From positions 1 through 26,923 of the forward strand of contig NW_021836663.1 of assembly GCF_006345805.1 (NCBI RefSeq): 26,923 nt of DNA, read 5' to 3'. The DNA comes from Octopus sinensis (Eukaryota). The stretch's first letter is position 1; each line of letters opens with the position of its first letter. Shown piece by piece: positions 8,998 through 19,700 of this stretch. Under the pieces are notes generated by a model that saw only the letters and a program-made list of their open reading frames with translations, made no database searches and was not told the origin of the DNA. Both the position numbers and the translations under genes were made by a program.

Positions 8998-9233
8998 ACC
9001 TATTTCTTTACTACCTACAAGGGGCTAAATACAGAGGGGACAAACAAGGACAGAGAAACGGATTAAGTCGATTATATCGACCACAGTGCGTAACTGGTAC
9101 TTATTTAATCGACCCCGAAAGGATGAAAGGCAAAGTCGACCTCGGCGGAACTTGAACTCACAACGTAACGGCAGACGAAAAACGGCTACGCATTTCGCCC
9201 GGCGTGCTAACCATTCTGCCAGCTCGCTGCCTT
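8998..9233 (-). mobile_element. Well-preserved tRNA-derived SINE (family A head and core, different 3' tail from the 1088-1300 copy)
   Basis: Minus strand reads AAGGCAGCGAGC-TGGCAGAATGG (A box) ... GAGTTCAAGTTCC (B box) and shares the core GTCGACTTTGCCTTTCATCCTTTCGGGGTCGAT. Confidence 0.85.
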
Positions 9234-9319
9234 CCAGAAGGAGATAATAAAAGACTGAAATATGTGGTACATTGCTGTAGTCAAGATGACCTGCCCACCA
9301 CCACAGAATTAATATCCTA

Positions 9320-9420
9320 AAACCTTGGTACCACATAAAAACCCCCACTGGTGCTGGTGCTACGTAAAAAGGATCCAGTACACTGCAAAGTGGTTGACAT
9401 TAGGAAGGGCATCTAGGAGG
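9320..9420 (+). mobile_element. RTE-type tail fragment, same family as 8546-8715, opposite orientation
   Basis: CGTAAAAAGG..CAGTACACTGCAAAGTGGTTGACATTAGGAAGGGCATC. Confidence 0.55.
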
Positions 9421-9446
9421 TTAAGAGGCATGTATGTGTGTATATG

Positions 9447-9485
<39 letters not shown>

Positions 9486-9555
9486 ACATATGTATATATA
9501 TACAGGTGTGTGGATGTAGTATGTGTATGTGTGTACACCGTACAACCTCTGAGAA

Positions 9556-9698
9556 CTGACACCGATGTTGGGATGTTTACGTCTCCATAGCTTAGCGGTT
9601 CGGCAAAAGAATAAGTCCTGGGTCGATTTGTTCGAATAAAGGCGATGCTACAGCATGGCCGCAATTAAAGGACTGAAACAAATAAAAAATAAAAGGAT
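9556..9698 (+). mobile_element. SINE family B 3' half, preceded by its internal CA/TA microsatellite (about 9430-9540)
   Basis: ACCGATGTTGGGATGTTTACGTC..CTTAGCGGTTCGGCAAAAGA..CAGCATGGCCG..GACTGAAAC..AAATAAAA tail; homologous pieces at 2440-2580 (-) and about 16715-16760 (+). Confidence 0.7.
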
Positions 9699-9982
9699 AT
9701 ATACATACATACATACATACATACATACACACACATACATACATACATACACACATACATACACGCATACACACACATACATACACACACACACTCACAC
9801 ACACATAAATACATATATACGTGCATACGTCCATACATACATACATACACACATACATACATACACACATACATAACACATACATACATACACACATACA
9901 TAACACATACATACATACATACACACATGCATACATACATACATGCACATACATACATACATACATACATACATACATACAT

Positions 9983-10013
<31 letters not shown>

Positions 10014-10316
10014 GACACTCACACACACACATAAATACATACATACGTGCTTACGTAGATACATACATACATACATACATACACACATACATACATACAT
10101 ACATACATACACACACATACATACATACATACACACACATACATACATACATACATACATACATGCATACATACATACGTACATACACACATGCATACAT
10201 ACATACATACATACACATATACACACACTCACACACACATATAAATACATACATACGTACATACGTACATACATACATACACACACATACATACATACAT
10301 ACTTACATACATACGT

Positions 10317-10353
<37 letters not shown>

Positions 10354-10441
10354 TAAATACATACATACGTGCATACGTACATACATGCATATTTACATAC
10401 ATAAATACATACATACATACATACATACATGTATACATACA

Positions 10442-10475
<34 letters not shown>

Positions 10476-10508
10476 CATACATACATACATACATACATAC
10501 ATGCATAC

Positions 10509-10557
<49 letters not shown>

Positions 10558-10558
10558 T
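9699..10558 (+). repeat. (TACA)n/(CA)n/(TA)n compound microsatellite
   Basis: Direct reading. Confidence 0.98.
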
Positions 10559-10560
10559 TA

Positions 10561-11102
10561 GCAAAAGAGGGAGTGGTGTTTCCAAGCAAGAAAAGAAATA
10601 TATAGAAAAATGTGTTGCAGAAAATGCACTTAAATTTCGAGACCTCTACCGTAACAAATGCTTGTGTGTGTTACCAAGAAATTTATAGAGAGTGAAAAGA
10701 AAAAGAGAATTCTCAGCAAACAATTCTAGACTTGTGTTTTAAAAAGAAATCTACAAGTCCGTCTACGAGTGCTTGTGAATCGGTGATCACATTTTCAAGT
10801 GATGGTGTGCGTGAGTCTAATGCGAGTGACAGTGATTCAGAAAACAATTCTAATAATAATACTTCTTATTATAAATGATCTCAACATTCTTTTTACTTTA
10901 CATAAAATATTCTTTACATTCTGCTGTTGTTTTATTGTCATTTATTTTCGAGTATCACAAATTTTATGGATAAAATATTTTTCTGGGAACGAATTACGAT
11001 TTATAACATTGCTATTATTGGAAATTATGGCTCCGTTTTGCGAGTTTTTGCTTTACGAGCGATCTCTGGGAACAAGTTAACTTGTATATCGAGGCATTAC
11101 TG
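10561..11102 (+). mobile_element. 3' relic of a pogo/Tigger-type DNA transposon (transposase C-terminus and right TIR, TA at 11103-11104)
   Basis: Frame of 10669 reads MHLNFETSTVTNACVCYQEIYRE*KEKENSQQTILDLCFKK, like the Tigger/TIGD C-terminus. The element ends CGAGGCATTACTG|TA (reverse complement TA|CAGTAATGCCTCG, pogo-like TIR). Confidence 0.75.
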
Positions 11103-11355
11103 TATATACCTACCTACCTCCCTACATTCATACATACATACATACATAATACATACATACATACACACACACACATATATATATACACACACACAACATA
11201 CGCCAGGCAACCTCTTCCGAGTAAGTTTTGTATATATATATATATATGTATGAGTGTATGTATGTATGCATATATACATACATATATATATACATCTCCA
11301 AGAGATCTGGGTTCAAGTCCCATAGTTGGTTCTTGAAATTAGATGGAATGAAATG

Positions 11356-11396
<41 letters not shown>

Positions 11397-11402
11397 TATA
11401 TA
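11103..11402 (+). repeat. TACA/TA microsatellite with small unique islands
   Basis: Direct reading. Confidence 0.9.
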
Positions 11403-11499
11403 TAAACTTAGATAAACTTAGATATGTTTCGACCAGAGATTGGTCCAGGCCATGTCTAACTTAATAGCACCACCTGATAGGATTATTCGAATCCTGTTT

Positions 11500-14472
11500 A
11501 AGTCAAGTTTTGTTCAAGTAGTGAGTTCTTGTTGGTGAGTTGTATCCAATTATGGGTGGCTTATCTGGTATTCTTTGAAGGAATCAATCCAGACTCTGTT
11601 TGAAGTTGATGGGATCCTTTTCCTCTTTGATCTCCCTCGGGACAATGTTAAATAGGGCAGGCCTGTTGAGGAAAAGAAATTATGTTGCAGTGTACATGTA
11701 TGTTGTGATCTTGAATTTGGCAGGGGACGTATAGCCCGTGGTCCAAGTCTTGGATGAACCTTGAAGCTAATGTTTAGGTCGTTTGGGCAAAGTTGGCGGT
11801 ATATTCTCCACATCGTACAAATGATGTACCGCTCACGGCGACGCTGGAGGGAGTAAAGTTTCAAGGCTTTAAGGCGATCCCAATAATCGAGAGCAGCCAT
11901 GCCTTCAATTTGTTTAGTGAGTGCCCTCTGGGGTGACTCAATTCTGGAGGTGTTTTGTCTTGTGTGAGGAGACCACAGTGGGTAGCAGTATTGAAGGTGT
12001 GGCCGTACAAAGGATGAAAAAAGTGGTATGATGACACCTTGTTCTCTGGACCGGAAAGTTCTTAAGATCCAGGAACTCATCCTACGAGAGCTATATCGAC
12101 CTTCTTGTTGATGTGTGCACTCCAACTGAGATCGTCCATCAACAATTACACCCAGGTCTCTGATATTGTTAGGCTGTGAGCGGTTCCCCTGAAGGAAGAG
12201 AGTATGGCTGTTTTAGTGAGGAGTTTCTTCCAAATGCATCAGCTCAAATTTCCCTCATTCAGTTGCATTTTGTTTCTGTCTGCCCATTGACTCACAGCAT
12301 ATAGATCAGACTGGAGTTAAGTTCGGTCTGCTTCTTCATTGACGATTTGCTGGAGCTTAGTGTCATCAGCGAATATTTTCACTTTGCAGTGATGTACGAC
12401 ACTGGAAAGGTCGTTTACGTAAATTATGAAGAGTAGCGGACCCAAAACAGTTCCCTGGGGAACACCGCTGGTGACTTTTGCTGGGTTTGAGTGGACTCCA
12501 TCAACTACAACATGTTGTGTTCTATTCGCCAGGAAATACTGAATCCAGCGTAGAACTTTTCCACGGATTCCAACATTTGCCAATTTTGAGAGTAGGATGT
12601 TATGGTCTACCCTGTCGAACGCTTTACTGAAGTCAAGATATATGACGTCAGAGTTCGAACCTGTTCCCAAGGCTTTGAGTACATCTTCAATGTGGTGTAA
12701 GAGCTGTGTTAGACAGTCCCTGCCACAGCGAAAGCCATGTTGATTTGAATTTAGGAGTTTGTGGGTCTCCAGGAAGTCAGCTATCCTTGATCTTAACACT
12801 CTTTCAAACACTTTGATGATGTGGGAGGTGAGTGAGATTGGGCGATAGTTGACTGCGAGGGATCTGTTTCCCTGTTTGAAAACCGGGATGACCGACTGGG
12901 ATAGAAACTGTTTCGGTACATAACCTGCGTCTAACGAATTTCTCCAGAGGTTGGTCAGAGGGACTGCAAGTTGATATCTACATTCCTTCAGGAGACTAGC
13001 GGGAAATCTATCAGGGCCTACAGCAGAGTAATGTTTGACCTCATTTATTGCTGCTACGATGTCGGTGGCAGTGAAGGTTATGTCTGCGATTTTGTGTTGG
13101 GAGTCAACTTCGTTCGTTTCACTCACATCAATATCAGTGGGAACACTGAAGACAGAGCAATATTGTTTCTGCAGTATTTCTGCCATTTCTTTAGCATCGT
13201 GTTGGGGACTGCCATTATCATCAATCAATGGCCCAATGGGTGAGACAGTGGTTCTATGCTTATTTGCATAAGAATAGAACACTTTTGGGTTCTGTTTGAT
13301 GTTTTTTGATTACCCACTGTTCCTCCACAGCTCTTTGATTTTCAATGGAGGTTTTCATGTTAGTCTGCAGATGAAGTTTTTCCAGCTCTAGTCTTTTCAT
13401 TGTTGTGAATGTGGATGTTGTGTGTGGGAATATTTTAATGGTTGATTTTTGTTGAGTCTTTTGATGCGCCTGATGAGTTTTTTTTCTTTTTAGGGAGCCG
13501 GTTTCTGTTTGTGTTAGTAGATTTCTTGGGAGCGTGTTTAGAGCATGTATAGGTGACAATGGTTTCAAAGTGCTGCCACGCGGTCTCAATATGAGGGGAA
13601 TTGAGAGAAAAAGACCAGTCGATGGAAGACAGATCCTTTCTGATTGTTCCCCAGTCCGCTTTGTGGAAGTTTATGTTGTCAAATGGGTGCCATGGAGTGG
13701 GATTGGCTGGTTTGGTTTTTATATGTCGGGAATTAAGATTGCAGAGTACCATGTCGTGGTCTAAGAGGAGAGTTTTTTCGACTGAAATGCTGTGAACGTA
13801 GCTAGAGTGATTGGTCAATACCAGATCCAAGATCGTTTTATTCTGTCTCGTTGGTTCAAACACTAGCAGAGTCAGGAAATACTCATCCATCAGATTAAAG
13901 AGCAGTTCTGCTGCTGCCCTATCTGATGTAGAGCACTTGCCTAACTTTGGAGTATTTGTGGGTCAGTTCACATGAGGGAGGTTAAAATCACCCATCACTA
14001 GTATGTTTCCGGAGTGGTACTTCCGAAGGAAGGACTTGACTTTGCTAAGGCACTCTTCAAAGTACTTTAGAGGTGCCTGGGGAGGCCTGTAAAGACCAAC
14101 AATGGTTATGTCCTTGGCTTTGTTGTATAGTGATACCGATTCACAGTAGCCATTGGAAAATGTGTCCTTGGCATCAAGTGAAAAGGAGTCATGGATAAAG
14201 ATGGCTGTCCCTCCCTTATTTCGGTCTGTGCGATCCGCACGAACAATGGTGAAATCTTTTATTTTCACCTCTGCGTCCATATGGGTGTTGTTCAGGTGAG
14301 TCTCGGTAAGGATAAAGAAAGGGAAGCAATGTGCCATTTCGGCAAGCCAACACTCTATATATGGGATCTTCTATTTTTGGGCAATAATTGATGGGTTGAT
14401 GCCATGTACATTTAATAGGAATGTCGAGGTAAGGGAAGTTGGTAATGGGTGAGTGGTCCTTGTGATTTGCAT
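11500..14472 (-). pseudogene. LINE ORF2 (APE endonuclease plus reverse transcriptase), multiply disrupted
   Basis: APE motifs: LLNVHG, ILTETHL, YRPP, GDFNLP, LDLVLTN, LDH in place of SDH. RT motifs: GPD, RPISLTS, QHGF, YLDFSKAFD, GVPQGTVLGPLLF, FADD. C-terminal LYSLQRRRERY. Stops at 14371, 13963 and 12317 and many frameshifts. Confidence 0.95.
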
Positions 14473-15659
14473 AGATGGGTGATGGCTCGCTGGATCTCCT
14501 GGCTTAGGTCGGCCTTCATATTTTCCAGGTATGTCAGTAAAAAAGAGTTACTTGTTTGGTTTGCAACTTGGTCAGAGGATACATATTTCAAGTTGGCGTT
14601 ATTTGGTGTTTTTTCATGGTTCTGTCTACGTTGTTTGATTGTAGGAGGGGAAACGTGGTTGTATTTTGTTCTTGTTGTCCTAGATTTCCTCTGTTCCTGT
14701 TTATATCTATTCTGTGATCGTTTTGTGCCCTTCAGATGGTGGTGGTTGCATTCTGGGTTCAGGCACATCCTTTGTGAGACAGAAGTTTGGCACAGTTTAG
14801 GATGGAATAAGGTGCATCCATTGCCTCTTATGCATCCGTATTTAGGATCAGAACCATAGATTCTGTATTTAGGACAGTATTTGGGGTGGAGGTGGGGGCA
14901 ATTTTTTCCTGTTATACCGTATGGACAGGTGCCCATAGCAAGTCTACGACATAAGGTCGGATGGGGAAAAGCACAGCTGGGGCCAAATCTACAATTGCCC
15001 TTAGAATAGTAACGGCAGGGGTTTTTATTTGGTTGTAGTAGTGGTTTTTCTATTTTGGCAGTAGTAGCAGTGGTGTTAGAAGCAGCTTGTTGATTTTGTG
15101 ATGGTGGGTTCTGGCTTGCCAGAATGTGGTCAAATCTGCAGCTGCCTTGAGAGTAGTAGTGGCAGATAGTTTTACGCGGATGTAGTAGTGATTTTCCTTT
15201 TGTGGCAGTAGTGGGGAGTTGTTTTTGTTGTAGCAGCATTGGAACTTGACTAGTGGTAGTATTAGAGTGTTGTTGTTGTTGTTGTTGTTGTTTTTGTTGC
15301 TGTAGCGAAGGTGAAACTTGATTTGGTTCATCAGGTGCTGTTGTCAATGGAAGTAGGTCAGTTGATTGTTGCTGTTGAAGTGACCCCTGACCTGTTGGAA
15401 TTTGGTCATTTGTTGTACTGGATTCGTTGGCAAGAATGGCCTTTAGTGTTGCCATGTGCGCGTGAAAAATAGGGAATATCCTAACAATTTCTTTTAATTT
15501 ATTTTCTATCTGTTTTACAGATCTGTGAAAGGATTTTTTCGTTAAATCCTCAGTTATTTTACTGTAAACATTAGCTTCGTTGTGATGGATGAACCAAGCG
15601 TTAATCATTGCAGTAATTTCATTTTCAACCCAGCGGCGTTTTTGAAAATTATTGGCCAT
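14412..15659 (-). CDS. LINE ORF1, 415 aa from MANNF: N-terminal Myb/SANT-like trihelix, Q/T-rich linker, one partial and four CCCH-type zinc fingers
   Basis: Trihelix pattern KRRWVENEITAMINAW..VYSKITEDLTKKSFHRSVKQIENKLKEI. Fingers: C-x7-C-x5-C-x3-H, C-x7-C-x8-C-x3-H, C-x13-C-x5-C-x3-H and C-x8-C-x4-C-x3-H. The upstream ATG at 15728 lies in a microsatellite. Confidence 0.85.
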   Translation of the reverse strand: MANNFQKRRWVENEITAMINAWFIHHNEANVYSKITEDLTKKSFHRSVKQIENKLKEIVRIFPIFHAHMATLKAILANESSTTNDQIPTGQGSLQQQQSTDLLPLTTAPDEPNQVSPSLQQQKQQQQQQQHSNTTTSQVPMLLQQKQLPTTATKGKSLLHPRKTICHYYSQGSCRFDHILASQNPPSQNQQAASNTTATTAKIEKPLLQPNKNPCRYYSKGNCRFGPSCAFPHPTLCRRLAMGTCPYGITGKNCPHLHPKYCPKYRIYGSDPKYGCIRGNGCTLFHPKLCQTSVSQRMCLNPECNHHHLKGTKRSQNRYKQEQRKSRTTRTKYNHVSPPTIKQRRQNHEKTPNNANLKYVSSDQVANQTSNSFLLTYLENMKADLSQEIQRAITHLCKSQGPLTHYQLPLPRHSY

Positions 15660-16219
15660 ATTCAGTGGGGTAGTGTTGTGTAATATATATATATATGTAT
15701 GTGTATGCGTGTATATGTATATGTACACCAGTTATTGATGGCTTGATGTAAAATAGTGAATACACGGTTGAAAAGTTTGTGTCGATATACTCGGTAAATA
15801 GTGAATACACCGTTGGAAAGTTTGTGTCGATATACTCGGAAATTCGTGGCTTGTGTGTGTGAGAGTTCAGTGTAATTAGTACAATCTAATTAGTACAATC
15901 GGGATGAGCGGTGTGTTTGATACAGATCAAGAAAAAAGAATTGTACTCACGGGACTAGTTTTAGAACTAGTCTTGGGTTTAGTATTTAGTTTTGGGTTGT
16001 TCCTCTTTGTTCAGGTTGTATATAGATTTGTATAAATTCATCCTCCGATGGTAGTAAAAGAGTAGTATAGTAGGATTGTAGAGATTAAAAACAAGGAGAG
16101 ATTATGTTAGCTTGAGTTGAGTTGAGTTAAATTGAGTTGAAAAATGCTTCTTTGGTTAGTTACTGACGGGAGCTATAAAAAGTACGTCTTGTCACGACGA
16201 CTGCCTGACTGCTAATCAC

Positions 16220-16255
16220 ATATGTGTATGTGTGAGTGTATATATATATATATAT

Positions 16256-16286
<31 letters not shown>

Positions 16287-16381
16287 GCACCAGGTGGTGC
16301 TATTTACCAGTGGTGCTATTAAGTTAGACATGGCCTGGGCCAATAATGGCCGAAACCTATCAAAGTATCAAAGTATCAAAG

Positions 16382-16413
<32 letters not shown>

Positions 16414-16456
16414 ATATATATATAATATATATATATATATATGTATATATGTATAT

Positions 16457-16489
<33 letters not shown>

Positions 16490-16549
16490 GTATGTATATA
16501 TATGTATATATTATATAACTTTATATATATATATGTGTATATATATATA

Positions 16550-16605
<56 letters not shown>
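16220..16605. repeat. (TA)n microsatellite hosting the LINE 3' fragment
   Basis: Direct reading. Confidence 0.97.
16287..16382 (+). mobile_element. Severely 5'-truncated copy (3' end only) of the same or a sister LINE, opposite orientation, tail (ATCAAAGT)3
   Basis: GTGGTGCTATTAAGTTAGACATGGCCTGG(G/A)CCAAT..TGG(C/T)CGAAAC matches the reverse complement of 11426-11476. Confidence 0.85.
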
Positions 16606-16608
<3 letters not shown>

Positions 16609-16790
16609 TGCAGCGTGGAAGGTGTTTATAAGCCATTTAAGAAACACACAAAAGCCGTTCGATTCACTTCAACATTTAAGTTTAATTTGTCGATGAGTGA
16701 GAGTAAACACACTGATGTGGAGCTCCAGCATGGCCGTTGACCAAGAATTGAAACTAATAAATGACAGACGATAAAATCTGTTTAGTACGT
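16606..16790 (+). mobile_element. SINE family B-like 3' fragment
   Basis: CTCCAGCATGGCCG..TTGAAAC..AATAAA matches the end of 9556-9698; the upstream part is unassigned. Confidence 0.5.
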
Positions 16791-16799
16791 AAATGGTCT

Positions 16800-19700
16800 C
16801 AAGGTGTGCGTGTGTGCGCGTGTGTGCATGTGTGTGTGTGTGTGCTAGTATGTGTGTGCGTGTGCGTGCGTATATGTGAATGCGTGTGCGTGTGTGTGTG
16901 TTTGCGTGCATGTGTGTGTGTGCGTGTGTGTGTGTATGTGCGTTTGTGCGTTTGTGTGTGTGCATGCGTGTGTGTATGTGCGTGTGCGTGTGTGCGTGTG
17001 TGTGTGCGTGTGTGCGTGTGCGTGAGTGTGTGTGCGTATGTGTGTGAGTGCGTGTGTGTGCGAGTGTGCGTTCTTGTGTGTGTGCGTGTGTGCGTGTGTG
17101 CGTGTTTCTGTGTGTGTGTGTGTGTGGATGTGTGTGTTCGTGTGTGTGTGTGTGTGTGCGTGCGTGTGTGTGAACCTGTGTTTGTGCATGTGTGTGTGCG
17201 CGTGTGTGTTTGTGTGTGCGTATGTGTGTGTTTGCCTGTGTGTGTTTCTGTGTGTGCGAGTGCGTGGGTGCCTGGGTGTGCGTATGTGTGTATGTGACCG
17301 TGTGCGTGTGTGTGCGTGTGTGTGTGTATGTGCGTGTGTGTGTGTGTGGGTGTGTGTGTGTGTGCTAGTTTGTGTGTGCGTGTGCGTGCGTATGTGCGTG
17401 TGTGTGTGTGCGTGTGTATATATGTGTGCGTGCGTGTGTGTGTGTGTGCGTGTGTGTATGTGTGTGCGTGTGTGTGTGCGTGGGTGCATATGTGTGTGCA
17501 TGTGCGTGTGTGTGTGTGCGTGTGTTTGTGTGCGTGTAAGTGTGCCTGTGCATGTGTGCGTGTGTGTGAATGTGTGTGTGTGTTTGTCTGTGTGTGCATG
17601 TGTGTGTGTGTGTGCTAGTATGTGTGTGCGTGTGCGTGCGTATATGTGAATGCGTGTGCGTGTGTGTGTGTTTGCGTGCATGTGTGTGTGTGTGCGTGTG
17701 TGTGTGTGTGTGTGCGTTTGTGCGTTTGTGCCTGTGCATGTGTGCGTGTGTGTGAATGTGTGTGTGTGTTTGTCTGTGTGTGTGTGTGCGTGTGTGTGTG
17801 GATGAGTATGTGTGCGCTGCGTGTGTGTTTGCGTTCGTGTGTGTATATGTTTGTGCATGTGCGTGTGTGCGTGTGTTTGTCTGTGTGTGGGTGTGAGTGG
17901 GTGTGGGTGTTCGTGTATGTGTGTGTGTGTGTGTGTATATGTGTGTGCTTGTGTGCGTGTGTGCATGAGTGTGTGTGTGTTCGTGAGTGTGTGTGTGTGT
18001 TCGAATGCGTGTGTGTGTGTGCGTGTCTGTGTGTGCGTGTGTGCATGTGTGTGTGTGCCTGTTCGTGTGTGTGAATGTTTGTGTGTGTGTGTGCGTGTTT
18101 GTGTGTGTGTGCGTTTGTGTGTGTGTGTTCGTGTGTGTGTGAGTATGTGTGTGTGTGCGTGCGAGTGTATGTGTGCCTGTGTGTGTGCGTCTGTGTGTGT
18201 GCGCGTGTGTTTCTGTGTATGTGTGTGTGTGCGTGTGTGTTTGTGTGTGTTCCTGTTTATGTGTTTGTGTGTGTGCGTGTGTGTTTCTGTGTGTGTGCGT
18301 GTGTTTTTGTGTTTTTGTGTGTGTGTGTGTGCGTGTGTGTGTATGTGCATGTACGTTTGTGCGTGCCTGTGTGTGTGTGCGTGTGTGTGTGTGCGTGTTT
18401 GTGTGTGTGTGCGTTTGTGTGTGTGTGTTCGTGTGTGTGTGAGTATGTGTGTGTGTGCGTGCGAGTGTATGTGTGCCTGTGTGTGTGCGTCTGTGTGTGT
18501 GCGCGTGTGTTTCTGTGTATGTGTGTGTGTGCGTGTGTGTTTGTGTGTGTTCCTGTTTATGTGTTTGTGGTGTGTGCGTGTGTGTTTCTGTGTGTGTGCG
18601 TGTGTTTTTGTGTTTTTGTGTGTGTGTGTGTGCGTGTGTGTGTATGTGCATGTACGTTTGTGCGTGCCTGTGTGTGTGTGCGTGTGTGTGTGTGCGTGTT
18701 TGTGTGTGTGTGCGTTGTGTGTGTGTGTTCGTGTGTGTGTGAGTATGTGTGTGTGTGCGTGTTTGTGCGTGTGTGTGTGCGTTGTGTGTGTGCGTGTGTG
18801 TGTGTGCGTGTGTGTTTCTGTGTGTGTGCGTGTGTGCGTGTGTGTTTGTGTGTGTTCCTGTTTATGTGTTTGTGTGTGTTGCGTGTGTGTGCGTGTGTTT
18901 GTGTGTGTGTGCGTGTGTTTTTGTGTTTTTGTGTGTGTGTGTGTGCGTGTGTGTGTATGTGCATGTACGTTTGTGCGTGCCTGTGTGTGTGTGCGTGTGT
19001 GTGTGTGCGTGTGTTTGTGTGTGTGTATTTGTGTGAGTGTGTGTATGTTCTTGTGTGTGCGTGTGTGTGTGAGTGTGTCTGCATGTGCCTGTGTGTGTGC
19101 CTGTGCGTGTGTGCGAGTGTGTGTGTGTGTGTTTGTCTGTTTGTCTGTTTGTCTGTGTGTGTGTGTTGGTGTGTGTGTGTGTGCGTGTGTGTGTGTGTGC
19201 GTGTGCGTGTGTATTTGTATGTGTGTGTTTGCTTGTGTGTGCTTGTCTGTGTGTGTTTGGGGGGTGTACGTGTGTGTGTGTGTGTGTGTGTGTGCGTGTG
19301 TGCGTTAGTGTGCGTTTGTGAGCGTGTGTGTGTGTGCGTGCGTGTGTGTGTGTGTGTGCCTGTGTGTGTGTGTGTGTGTGTGTGCGTGTGTTTGTGTGTG
19401 TGTGCTAGTTTGTGTGTGCGTGTGTGTGTGTGTGCTAGTATGTGTGTGCGTGTGCGTGCGTATGTGTGAGTGCGTGTGCGTGTGTGTGTGTGCGTGCAAG
19501 TGTGTGTATGCGTGTGTGTGTGTGTGTGTGCATGTACGTTTGTGCGTGCATGTGTGTATGTGTGCGTGTGTGTGTGTGCGTGTATTTGTGTGCGTGTGTG
19601 TGTGTGTGAGTGTGTGTATGTTCTTTTGTGTGTGTGTGTGTGTGTGTGAGTGTCTGTGCGTGTGGGCGTGCGTGTGTGTTGTGTGTGTGTTTGTCTGTGT

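Larger units (their letters stand above)
11403..16212 (-). mobile_element. Apparently full-length (about 4.8 kb) APE-type non-LTR retrotransposon, CR1/L2 group
   Basis: ORF1 plus APE-RT ORF2, a 3' tail (ATCTAAGTTT)2 and a 5' UTR of about 550 nt. The plus-strand motif GGGAGCTATAAAAAGTACGTCTTGTCACGAC (16168-16198) resembles CR1/L2-group 5' ends as I recall them. Confidence 0.93.

Noticed and set aside
9140-9233. tRNA gene
   Set aside because: It has A/B boxes but no complete cloverleaf and continues into the SINE body, so it is called a SINE head.
9025-9348. 107-aa minus-strand ORF
   Set aside because: It overlaps a tRNA-derived SINE and is a typical SINE-derived spurious ORF.
9592-10561. MYVC/HTYI repeat ORFs
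   Set aside because: Translations of the (TACA)n microsatellite.
11295-11345. GGGTTCAAGTCCC B-box-like motif
   Set aside because: Isolated, with no A box or recognisable SINE body; too short to call.
13963-14373. Two probable Trp-to-stop G>A changes suggesting deaminase editing
   Set aside because: Only two events, the ancestral codons are inferred, and there is no visible G>A clustering.
15660-15728. Upstream ATG extending LINE ORF1 to 438 aa
   Set aside because: The extension is a TA/TG microsatellite translation; MANNF at 15659 is the plausible start.
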